A stretch of 63,108 nucleotides of DNA, filler included, from Octopus bimaculoides (taxonomy: Eukaryota): assembly GCF_001194135.2 (NCBI RefSeq). It is 4 parts of 4 records of this genome, joined end to end, with 100 filler letters (N's around TTAATTAATTAA, not from the genome) between each part and the next. Parts side by side here need not be neighbours in the genome. Positions count along the whole stretch, not along the records: positions 1 to 22,895 come from NC_068996.1; positions 22,996 to 42,430 come from NC_068982.1; 2 more parts are not named here. The stretch is one strand, 5' to 3'. The notes below the pieces were generated by a model, which worked only from the letters and a program-made list of their open reading frames with translations, had not been told where the DNA came from and made no database searches. A program made the position numbers and the translations under genes. This document shows, one piece after another, positions 12,402 through 23,454 of the stretch (its first letter is position 1; each line of letters opens with the position of its first letter).

Positions 12402-12656
12402 GTAGTGATAGCTTGATTGAAATATTTACCCATCGTGGTGAAAGATCACCAGATCCAAGCTGGCAAACACTATCGCATAAAGGAACTATTGCCAACATTG
12501 AATATAGGATACGGGTCCTCTGTGATAAAAATTATTATAATAAAACTTGCAAAAAGTACTGTCGGCCCAGGAATGATTCTTTTGGACACAATACCTGTAA
12601 TGAAAATGGGGACAAAATTTGTTTGGAAGGCTGGACAGGGAAACATTGTATGAAAG
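12402..12656 (+). CDS. Ser/JAG: Internal coding exon of a Serrate/Jagged-type Notch ligand (end of MNNL/C2 domain plus DSL domain)
   Basis: Acceptor tttctgtttgcAG at 12400-12401 and donor G|GTAAG at 12657; phase 1 at both ends; 255 bp. Translation (G)SDSLIEIFTHRGERSPDPSWQTLSHKGTIANIEYRIRVLCDKNYYNKTCKKYCRPRNDSFGHNTCNENGDKICLEGWTGKHCMK has the six-Cys DSL pattern (C..YY...C...CRPR.D.FGH..C...G.K.C..GW.G..C). The IE..H.G..P..WQTL...A..EY.IRV.C segment resembles Jagged/Serrate more than Delta. The split codon begins with G, fitting the Jagged A-I-C continuation rather than the Delta P. Confidence 0.93.
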
Positions 12657-12935
12657 GTAAGACTAATCAATTATTCTTTTATTCTTTTGCTTGTTTAAGT
12701 CATTTGACTGCAGCCATGCTGGAGCACTGCATTAGCCCTTTAGCATTCGGATTATTCTGTCAAATGTAATCCTTTTTCAATCACATTGTTTTAGCTTCAA
12801 AATTTTGATGACGTCATTGTATATTTTTAGAATGATATTGTAGGGTAGGTGTGAGAGGCTAGATCTGCACCAGCCTCCAATCTGTTTCTACAGCTGGATG
12901 CCCTTCCTAATGCCAACCACTCTGAGAGTGTAGTG

Positions 12936-13250
12936 AGTGCTTTTTATGTGCCACCAGCACAGGGCCAGTCAGGGGGCACTTGCATCGACCATGTTTGGAT
13001 GATGCATTTTATGTGCCAGCAGCATGGGAACCAATCAGGTAGACCTGGTATCGACAATGTTTTGATGGCGCTTTTTACGTACCACCGGCTCAGTAGCCAG
13101 TTAGGTGGAACTGGCATCGACCATGTTCAGATGGTGCTTTTTATGTACCACTGGCATGGGAGCCAGTTAAGAAGAACTGGCATCAACCAAGTCTGGATAG
13201 TGCTTGTTACATGCCACCAGCATGGGAGCCAGTCAGGGGACACTAGCCAC
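12936..13250. repeat. 66-bp tandem minisatellite (about 5 units) inside an RTE 3' UTR-like repeat
   Basis: Unit approximates GTGCTTTTTATGTGCCACCAGCACGGGAGCCAGTCAGGGGCACTGGCATCGACCATGTTCGGATG; it appears as a 22-aa period in ORF 12933-13274. Confidence 0.8.
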
Positions 13251-14346
13251 AGCTATGATTTTGGTTTTACTTAACTCAACGGGTCTTCTTGTATAAATAT
13301 TTTTAAGTGTGCATATATGTATGCAGAAAGTTTGTATACATGCAACATTTGTTTATAGTAGTTTAACACCTTTTTAAGTAAGTCAATACAATGTCAGAGC
13401 AGCAACAGTAAAAGAGGAATCAATGGTTCAATTCCTGTCAGCAGTAGTTCTTGTGACTTTGGTCAAAACACTAACCTCTCATTAGACTACACAGATTACT
13501 ATAATTAGTCAGTATAGTTAAGTCTCACTGTGAAATTTACATAGGACCAGCACTGGACTAACCATTAAGCAATATTAGTATATGCTTAAGACATGAAGGG
13601 AAATTAGTATGTGCTTAGGACATCAAGGGAAAATGGGGCACCAAAGAAATGGTAAATGGTTTACGGTATAAAAGAAATCACTTTAAACTTGCTAAAATGA
13701 TATTCGAAATAGTTTATATGATTGGAAATATAATTTCAAATTGTTCATGGCATCATAATGAAGATCTCATCAAAGACTTTGCATTTAAAAAATGTAACAG
13801 AAAATTTTGCAAATATAAGGAGGAAGAATTCAAAAATAAACATTATTTTCTTACTCTCTCTCTTTACTCTTTTACTTGTTTCAGTCATTTGACTGCGGCC
13901 ATGCTGGAGCACCACCTTTAGTAAAGCAAATCGACCCCAGGACTTATTTTTTGTAAGCCTAGTACTTATTATATCGGCCCTTTTTGTCGAACTGCTAAGT
14001 TACGGGGATGTAAACATACCAACATCGGTTGTCAAGCGATGTTGGAGGGACAAACACAGACACACAAACACACATATATACATATACATATATATGNNNN
14101 NNNNNNTGTCAAGCGATGTTGGAGGGACAAACACAGACACACAAACACACATATATACATATACATATATATGACAGGCTTCTTTCAGTTTCCGTCTACC
14201 AAATCCACTCATAGTAGAAGACACTTGCCGAAGGTGCCACGTAGTGGGACTGAACCCAGAACCATGTGGTTGGTAAGCAAGCTACTTACCACACAGCTGT
14301 AAAAATCTATTTTATGGTTTATTATTTGTATGATGAATTACATATA

Positions 14347-14541
14347 TGAGGGGGTGCTGAAAAGTTCCTGGCTTTGGGTAAAAGAAAATACAGGAGGATC
14401 ATTTATTCTTTTATTGATATCCACACACTTATTACAGTGGTCCTTCAGTTTTTCTAAGCTCCTTAAAAGAACTTGGAAGGTTGGGCCTCCAACCAAGCCT
14501 CTCATGATACACTTAAAGCCAGGAACTTTTCAGCACCCTCA
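14347..14541. mobile_element. Mariner-type MITE, about 195 bp
   Basis: TIRs TGAGGGGGTGCTGAAAAGTTCCTGGCTTT (14347-14375) and AAAGCCAGGAACTTTTCAGCACCCTCA (14515-14541); left TA present, right TA not preserved. Confidence 0.8.
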
Positions 14542-15089
14542 GGGGTAGAACCTCTATGGGTCTTAATCCAACCCTGTATGCGACTCGTTTGTTTATAATA
14601 CCAAATTCAAATGTTACTTGTTATTGACCACTTTCCCATCCAGGGAGTAGTTTATCTCTCATCTCCCTAGTGTTACACAAACTGAACATAAACATTGACT
14701 CCTCCTAAGGGTTTCTTTTGATTCAGAAAATCATTTGCATTTAATGAGCCACACTGGTTTCACAAATTCCTTATTTGTGTTCCAGATTTAGTCTCTTAAA
14801 AATGATGTTACCAGTATTTTGTTATTATTATAGACAATGTGGAGAGGGCACTTGTCCTAGTAGTCAGGGCCTCCATGGTTTTGTGGGGTTTCCAAGAACA
14901 GCCCTAAGTAGTCTTCCTCTTTTGGGGAATTATTCTTTTGCTAGAATTTATATTTTTGTAATTTTTACTTTTATACACACCTTTTGTGTAACCCCACATT
15001 GTATTGTCCTACCTTCCCTAACGATTTTTGTGAACCTTCAGTGATTAATAAGGAAAACATTATTATTATTATTATTATTATTGATATTG

Positions 15090-15310
15090 TTAAGGTGATG
15101 AGTTGGCAGAATTGTTAACATGCCAGGCAATATGATTAGTGGCATTTTGTCTGTCTTAACATTCTGAGTTCAAACTTTGCCAAAGTCAGTTTTGCCTTTC
15201 ATCTTTTCAGGATCGATAAAATAAGTACCAGTTATGCACTGGGGGTGGGGGGTCAATGTAATCAACTTAATCTTCTCCCCCAAGCTGCCCTTGTGGCAAA
15301 AATTTGAAAT
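15090..15310 (+). mobile_element. Family-A SINE copy; further copies at about 19245-19465(+), 23253-23452(+), 32730-32830(-), 43440-43610(-), 45325-45540(+), 46215-46320(+), 50600-50770(+)
   Basis: Same A/B boxes and central domain as 27959-28194. Confidence 0.85.
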
Positions 15311-16854
15311 CATTAAGTTAAAAGTTTATTATTTTAGATATGTTTTGGCTGTTTTTACCCTTCACTAAAAAACTTAGTCACTGTAACCTAACGCCCCCAT
15401 CCATCCCACCCTCGTCCCCATTTAACAGCTAGAAGGAAAATGTCATCAGCCATAACAGGAAGGTAAACCAAAAATACATCAAAATAGCAGAAAACATTGT
15501 AGGTCAATGCACATCCTTTTTTTCCCCGTTTTCATAACATCAGTTGTCAAGCGATGTTGTGGAGGACAAACACAGACACACAAACACACACATATATATA
15601 TATACATATACATATATACGATGGGTTTCTTTCAGTTTCCATCTACCAAATCCACTCACAAGGCTTGGCCCGAGGTTATAGTAGAAGACACTTGCCCAAG
15701 GTGCCACGCAGTGGAACTGAACCCGGAACCGTGTGGTACTTACCACACACCCACTCCTACGCCTATATATAATGTGTATGTGTGTGTAAATATATATATA
15801 TATCAACACAGTCTTGCACAATATTTGCAGATTTCTGGAAGCCGGATAAGAGTTTTGTTACTATTATACATCCATCTCAAGAGAGATCTTTTTTTCTTGG
15901 TGTGTTCCTGAGCAATGTGTCTAATTCTGCTGATGCCATTACCATTTTTTCTACCTAAAGGGAAAATGTTTCTACTCTTTACTCCACAGTTGACTACTTA
16001 GCAACAGAATATGAATCCAGGTGTAAAAATAATTGTTCCAAAAGAATTCCATAACAATTCCAAGTCAGCAAGCATTAAAAAAAAATGTCATGAAATAGTA
16101 TTTAAAGAACAAAAAAAAAAACATTGTCCTCTCTTTCAATTCCACTTCGATATTTATACTACAAACCTCTACTTCTATGACAGCCTCCATGTCTGTCTGT
16201 CTGTCTCACCTTGTAAGTTGTTGTTTAGCCCCAAGTAAGTCCTCAGCCCAGCAGACAAATAATCAAAAGCATTCCAACTATGACCACCCTGTTTCTTTTC
16301 CCAACACAGTGAATCCGGAATAACCATATTTTAATGTGTATAAGGAACCCTTTTTTTTTTTGTCAAAAATTAGGTTAAAAAAATATGGGAGTTTCTTATA
16401 CATGGATAGTATTATAACCCCTTACAAAACCCTTTTTTCCAAATTTTAAGCCCCAAAAATTAGGGGGTTCCTTAGACATGCTAAAATACAGTACATTGTC
16501 CAATGTATACCAGTCCCTTCAACCCTCCTATTTTTTTTTATCATGACAAATTTGGGAGGGATTTGGTTTCTATTTCTAGCACATTTAGAAGCTGTGATGA
16601 GATTTTTCCATTGACTCAGATTGAGCGTAATGTAAATTTCCATGGTGGCATCGTATGAATATGGCTTCGTACAGCCGATATCTATTGTTAACTCTATTGA
16701 TGTGCAATCAATATTTCCAGCTTCTATTAAATGCTGCTGTTGCTATAGACGGAATTGGTTCGATGTTCTGTTAATGATGATGATGATAATGATGTTTTAA
16801 CACAGACAAGTAATATGAAACATTTTGTTGTAACAGAGCAAGGCTGGGAGGGAA

Positions 16855-16894
<40 letters not shown>

Positions 16895-18289
16895 GCAGAA
16901 AGAGAGATGAAACACAGAAGGTAGAGAACACAAGAGAGAGAGAGAGAGAGAGAGTGTGTGTGGGCTGGCAGGTTGGAAGCGTGTATGTGTGTGTGGACAT
17001 ATGTATACAAATACATACACTTATGTATATACATATAATTATTTATGTATATACATTTATATGCACACATATGCACATGTGCTTAAACACTCACACTCAT
17101 GTATGTTCGTATGCAAATGCAGATGTAGATAGATAAAGGTTTAGATAGGTAGATAGGTAGGTAGGTAGATTGATAGGTAGATAGATAGATAGATAGACAG
17201 ATAGGGTGGTAGCTAAAATAAGTGGGTTGATTGGTTTGTGCGCAGAGAGAAGCTAGATGGAGAGACTCAGGGTTGGGTCTGGCACAAAGAAAAAAACATG
17301 ATTAAGGAAAAAATAAAAGGGTGGGGAAACACCTAAAAAAATTTGAAAAGAAAATATATATATATAAGAATGTATCATTTGGGAAAGTGCAGTTAGAAAA
17401 TAAGGCTGGAAAGTATACCAGGGATTAGGAATGGCTGGAATGCGCAATTTGTTAAGGCTGATGTTTAAGGTACAATATTGTGCAGACGTTAAAGTATAGT
17501 CATCTGTCCATTATTCCTGCAAAGCAGTTCAGATCAAGACCTTTGAAATAAATTTCTTGCTATGCCAACAGTTTTTTTATTTATTAGTATTTTGAATTTA
17601 GAATTAAGGTAATTGTTTGATTGTCTTGTATGTTTTTAATAGTTGGTAATCTCTCAAGTCTGAGAAAGATGATTCCACAGTTTCTTACTGAACAACCTGC
17701 ACAGATGATTTGCTTATTGTGTTTTGCGTGAGCTTACTCTCTACATGAAATCAGCTTTGCACAGTGTGCTACACATCAGACATTAAAGTGATTGCAAGCA
17801 GCAGGAAATGAAGGAGTTTTGTTCAACAACACAAGGAACTGGCTGGTCTTGGAATCACAATCATGAATGCAACATCTTAACCACTAAGTTACATGACCTC
17901 ATGAATGTTTTACTTTTGGACTCTTTTAAGCTGTGCACAAATCACATTTCTCGATGCCCTTCTTATATGGCTTGAATCATTCAAGGATTTTCTTCTGACA
18001 CTGTAATTGAGAGCTCTGTCTTTCAAATATCAGAGATAATAGGAAAGCTTAATCTATGTTATATCTTTCAATAATTCTGAAACTAGTTTGATGGAAATAA
18101 TAATGTATCTTAAATTCTCCCTCAGTCTTCCCTGTATATCACTCAATAGTATGGCCTTAATTGGAGCTTAAATATTGGATGTCTGCTTAATGGACAAATA
18201 ATGCATTTAACTTTACAGGGTTCACTTGGCTGGCAAGTATTAATGTTTCTGTATGGACAATATTCTTCAGGTGTAATTCTGGGGATTTT

Positions 18290-18327
<38 letters not shown>

Positions 18328-18337
18328 NNNNNNNNNN

Positions 18338-18371
<34 letters not shown>

Positions 18372-18954
18372 CATAGTAAGGCTTTTCATCATTCTAAGTT
18401 AATATCTTGTTATGGTCAGCTTTTCCTTTTAACTCTTCAGCATAGAAGATATAAAGTTCCAGTCAAAGAACTGGGACCAATATAATTAACCAACCACTAC
18501 CCCTCAAAACTGCAGACCTTGTGTCTAAATTAAGAACAATTTTGGGGGTCAGAGCTTGGTGTATTATTGATCCAGGTTTAGCTTGTCTTTAAATTCTCTG
18601 ACTTCAATTCTCCATAACAATAATATGTCATTACCATATCAACATTCTTCTACTTACTGACATGGTTCTTGACTACAATAGATGAATGACATGATCTTGT
18701 ATTACTGTCAGCAAGCTTCTGATTAAGTGCTTGTAAAGGTTGTATAGACTGTTGCTAAGGTTAGGAATAATGTCTTGGAAATCAGCTACAGTCAATTTTA
18801 TCACTGCCATAGTTGTTCTAAAGTACTGAAGATTTAGATTTTGTTCTTCCCTTAGTTTATTTAATGTGTGTCAGTTAGCATTGTTGGAAATGGCTAACTT
18901 TTTATTATGATATCGGCCAAAATATTCTAAAGTAGATCTTTTCCAACATCAGTC

Positions 18955-18989
18955 TGAGATGTATAAACCAACAAGGTTTATACATCTCA
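18955..18989. other. Perfect 15-bp-stem hairpin
   Basis: TGAGATGTATAAACC-aacaa-GGTTTATACATCTCA. Confidence 0.9.
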
Positions 18990-19789
18990 ACACAAACCTT
19001 GGCACTGTCTAACAGACTCATGCTTACACTGAAAGACCTGGCTAGGTCATATTTCTTAACCAAAGCAGAAACTTTGTCATAGAACATTGTCTTCCTAACA
19101 TGCATTATTATTTCTATATCTTTGTTATAATATAATATAACTTGGGGAAAATCTATAATAAGGACTTAGAGGTAGAGAGATGAAAACCCGCTATAACAAA
19201 TTGAGTAAATTTGGTACCACGCTTTGTTCTTAATATCACTAAACAGGAAGGTGGCAAGCCGGCAGAATCTTTAGCACACCAAGTAAAATAGTTAGTGGCG
19301 TTTCATCCATCTTTAAATTCTGGGTTCAAATTCCACCAAGGCTGACTTTGCCTGTCATCCTTTTGGGGTTCAATAAAATAAGTACCAGTTGAGCACTAGG
19401 GTTGATTTATTCAACTTGGCTCCTCCTCTAAAATTGCTGGCCCTATGCTGAAATTTGAAACCAATATCATTAAAAAGGCAAATTCAGTGTTACTATTGTT
19501 CCATTACTGGAGATTAGTAGCTTTGCTAATATTATATATATCAAACTTACTCTATCTTTTTTTTTTTCTTACCAGATTGATTTCAGATTTAGTAGTGTCA
19601 GCCTACTTTTAGATTTAGAATCAAAATCTTCCTCAAGATTTTTAATAGTTACAAATTGATGCTTGGTATTTAGCTAATAACAGCAGATTATTGATATTCA
19701 GCTTATCTACCACAGTCTTAGATTCCCAATTAATGTTTTAGAACAGTTATCGTAGAATTTTTTTTACCATCGAGCAAATTTGAGCAATT

Positions 19790-19990
19790 CTTTACTCTTT
19801 TACTTGTTTCAGTCATTTGACTGTGGCCATGCTGGAGCACCGCCTTTAGTTGAGCAAATCAACCCCAGGACTTATTCTTTGGAAGCCTAGTACTTATTCT
19901 ATCGGTCTCTTTTGCCGAACTGCTAGATGACGGGGACATAAACACACCGGCATCAGTTGTCAAGCAATGCTAGGGGAACAAACACAAACA
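19790..19990 (-). repeat. Abundant interspersed module TTACTCTTTTACTTGTTTCAGTCATTTGACTG..CATGCTGGAGCAC..GTTGTCAAGCGATG (3' part of family B); copies at about 95-300, 13860-14080, 31805-31990 and 47580-47725 (opposite strand)
   Basis: Near-identical dispersed copies, usually joined to the family-B head through a (CA)/(TA) microsatellite. Confidence 0.8.
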
Positions 19991-20011
19991 CACACACACA
20001 CATATATATAT

Positions 20012-20053
<42 letters not shown>

Positions 20054-20997
20054 GTTTAACGTCCGCTTTCCATGCTAGCATGGGTTGGACGATTTGACTG
20101 AGGACTGGTGAAACCGGATGGCAACACCAGGCTCCAGTCTGATTTGGCAGAGTTTCTACAGCTGGATGCCCTTCCTAACACCAACCACTCAGAGAGTGTA
20201 GTGGGTGCTTTTACGTGTCACCCGCACGAAAACGGCCACGCTTGAAATGGTGTCTTTTATGTGCCACCCGNNNNNNNNNNNNNNNNNNNNNNNNNNNNNN
20301 NNNNNNNNNNNNNNNNNNNNNNNNNNNNNNNNNNNNNNNNNNNNNNNNNNNNNNNNNNNNNNNNNNNNNNNNNNNNNNNNNNNNNNNNNNNNNNNNNNNN
20401 NNNNNNNNNNNNNNNNNNNNNNNNNNNNNNNNNNNNNNNNNNNNNNNNNNNNNNNNNNNNNNNNNNNNNNNNNNNNNNNNNNNNNNNNNNNNNNNNNNNN
20501 NNNNNNNNNNNNNNNNNNNNNNNNNNNNNNNNNNNNNNNNNNNNNNNNNNNNNNNNNNNNNNNNNNNNNNNNNNNNNNNNNNNNNNNNNNNNNNNNNNNN
20601 NNNNNNNNNNNNNNNNNNNNNNNNNNNNNNNNNNNNNNNNNNNNNNNNNNNNNNNNNNNNNNNNNNNNNNNNNNNNNNNNNNNNNNNNNNNNNNNNNNNN
20701 NNNNNNNNNNNNNNNNNNNNNNNNNNNNNNNNNNNNNNNNNNNNNNNNNNNNNNNNNNNNNNNNNNNNNNNNNNNNNNNNAGCCCCAGGAGGACATCTCC
20801 TCCAGCTGGCTTATCGACACACGACTGTGTCCTGTTTGCCAAGGGAGTTATCCCTCTCACCAGGTCTTCCTGGGCCTACCTCTTCCACGGGTTCCCTCAA
20901 CTGTTAGGGTGTGGCACTTTTTCACGCAGCTATCCTCCTCCATTCTCACCACATGTCCATACCAGCGCAATCGTCTCTCTTGCACGCCACAACTGAT
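20012..20997 (-). mobile_element. 3' end of an RTE-clade LINE (C-terminal coding end, 3' UTR and (ATG)n tail), interrupted by an N gap
   Basis: 20997-20860 translates ISCGVQERRLRWYGHVVRMEEDSCVKKCHTLTVEGTRGRGRPRKTW. 20012-20270 is the abundant repeat ending AAAGCGGACGTTAAACG(ATG)n. The link across gap 20271-20780 is inferred. Confidence 0.75.
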
Positions 20998-21719
20998 ATA
21001 TACGACGGGCTTCTTTCAGTTTCCTTCTACCAAATCCACTCACAAGACTTTGGTCAGCCCGAGGCTATAGTAGAAGACACTTGTATATAGATATATACAT
21101 GCATGCATACGCAGTGAGACTGAACCCAGAACCATGTGGTTGGTAAGCAAGCTACTTACCACACAGCCACTCCAGCGCCTTTATTTAAACTATTGACTAT
21201 CTTGGAAAGTTTGTTATGCTTAATTTAAGAATACCAATGCTTTTTATTTAGATTTTCAGAAATTCTTAATGTCTAGGAATAGTTTATGTTTGAAAAGCTG
21301 GGAAGACTTAGAAAATCTGAGATTTTGTGATGTGCCTAAGTTTTTGAAATTCAAACAAGAAAGGGAGATGATTTCAAGGAATCAGGCATTCTTCAAAACT
21401 GACGCACTATTTAAGGTTGGAAAGTTTTGAAGGTGTCTAAAAAGTTTTGTGCATGGCACTTACAAAACTTGATATGTGCAATGTATGAAACTTTCTGACC
21501 CTGACTTACTCACGTAATTTTTCTGTCTGTTTCAATGTGTGTGTGTGTGTGTGTGCGTGTGTGTAAGTATGTATGTGTGCATGTCTGCATGTGTGTGTGT
21601 ATGCATGAGTGTATGTATGCATGCATGCATGCATGCATGTGTGTACACACACACATACACACACACACATGCACACATGTATTGAGTTCTGCTTCTTCTA
21701 GAAGCAATGTTTGTGTATC

Positions 21720-22483
21720 CATGTGTATATATATATATATATATGTGTGTGTATAAATCTTTAAATCTTAAAAATGTTTCAGCTTCAAAGCTGCAGTCAT
21801 GCTGGAGCACGAATATATATAGATTATGCATGTGTATATGTATGTGTTTGTGTATGCATGTATGTATACATCTATACACACACACACAAATATGTACATA
21901 CATGCACACACACAGGCTTATATTTACAAATACGTTTCATTCTGTGGAAACTAGGATATCAAGTGTCTAACCAATAACCTGACAGTGTAGATGTGGCCCC
22001 TTTAGTCACAGCTTTATCTTACCTCTCCTTCAAATCTCTTTCTATGTATATCCCATTTTCCCCTTTTTGGTCTGTGATGATGATTGCAGAGTTGTGGGGG
22101 ATGGGGAAGGGGGGTCTCTGAGTGGAATTAGTGGTGGTCCCTTCCACTCTCTCTCTATATATATTATTCAATATCTCTCTCTCACCTCATTTGTGTGTGT
22201 GTGTGTTTAACTGTGAGCAGATAAACAGGATTATGTTTATCTATATATATTTATCCCACCATCCTCTGTACTAATAAATTTCCATCTTCACTTTTGCACC
22301 TGGGGCTCAATATTTTCATTTTGCATCAATAAATCACTTAGCAATGTTTGTATGTATTTATTTATAAATACATTCATATATGTAATCTATATATATTCGT
22401 GCTCCAGCATGACCGCAGCTTTGAAGCTGAAACATTTTTAAGATTTAAAGATTTATGCACACACACATATATATATACACATG
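21720..22483. repeat. Approximately 100-bp near-identical inverted repeat pair (21720-21826 and 22383-22483)
   Basis: ATAAATCTTTAAATCTTAAAAATGTTTCAGCTTCAAAGCTGC(A/G)GTCATGCTGGAGCACGAATATATATAGATTA is present in opposite orientations about 555 bp apart. Confidence 0.9.
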
Positions 22484-22542
22484 CATTTTTATATATATAT
22501 ATAAGATACAAATATATATATATATATAAGATATATATATAA

Positions 22543-22895
22543 GATACAAATGGAACACAACCTAGATACCATAACAAACAGTGGAATAGACTACAAAGGA
22601 TTAGTGACAAAACAAACAAAAAGACCACGTGGTACAATACCGACAAGTTCCAGAGAGTAATGTTTGTGGACGCCACGCCACACGGAGAACTGGCCTGCAG
22701 ATTTCGAAAAATCCTCAAAAGTACCAAGTTGAGGATAAATGTTATAGAAAAACCAGGGAGATCAATTAGATCAATAATATGTAAAACATATCCCTTCAGA
22801 AGAACAAGGTGTGTTGAGGAGAGTTGCATTGTGTGCAAAAATAGTCCTGGTGCCAACTGCAAAGCCAGAAATGTAGTCTACAAAATAAGCTGTAT
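22543..22895 (+). mobile_element. Penelope-like retroelement fragment (thumb/linker zinc finger into the start of GIY-YIG; Neptune-like), cut by an assembly gap
   Basis: Open frame DTNGTQPRYHNKQWNRLQRISDKTNKKTTWYNTDKFQRVMFVDATPHGELACRFRKILKSTKLRINVIEKPGRSIRSIICKTYPFRRTRCVEESCIVCKNSPGANCKARNVVYKISC; Cys-rich linker followed by NVVY.I.C. Confidence 0.8.
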
Positions 22896-22995
22896 NNNNN
22901 NNNNNNNNNNNNNNNNNNNNNNNNNNNNNNNNNNNNNNNTTAATTAATTAANNNNNNNNNNNNNNNNNNNNNNNNNNNNNNNNNNNNNNNNNNNN
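22896..22995. other. Artificial scaffolding spacer (44N-TTAATTAATTAA-44N)
   Basis: Exactly 100 bp with an all-frame stop 12-mer; the identical construct occurs three times. Confidence 0.95.
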
Positions 22996-23080
<85 letters not shown>

Positions 23081-23454
23081 CTTTGTCCTACAATCTGAAT
23101 CTTGTTGCCGACCTGAAAAGTTTACTCTCTTTGAATAGTGCAGTTCTAAGTACAGAGATATTGCTACATAACTATATTTCTCATTTTCCAAATGCAAATA
23201 GCATGTGAATAGTTATCACCATGAAATTATTTTTATTATTGTTATGATAATTAAAGCAGTAAGCTAGGAGAATCTTTTAGCTCGTCGGATAAAACTCATA
23301 TCGACATTTTTTCCGGCTCTTTACGTTCTAATTTCAACTTCCGCCAACGTCAATTGTGTCTTTCATCATTTCGAGATTGATAAAATAAATACCAGTCAAA
23401 TACTGCGGTCAATCTATTGAATACCTCGCCATCAAAATTACCGGCCTTGTGTTA

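Noticed and set aside
12936-13250. Regular repeat as a CRISPR array
   Set aside because: Contiguous diverged units without unique spacers, in a eukaryotic context with no cas genes.
14030-14173. Exact 67-bp direct repeat
   Set aside because: The copies flank a 10-N gap, typical of an unmerged contig overlap rather than biology.
14775-15044. ORF with RQCGEGTCP..LHGF after a TAG acceptor as a Jagged exon
   Set aside because: Wrong phase for joining to the phase-1 donor, and the Cys spacing is not EGF-like.
20098-20120. CTGAGGA-CTGGT-GAAA-CCGG as a hammerhead
   Set aside because: No U-H triplet in register and no stem I; part of the LINE 3' UTR.
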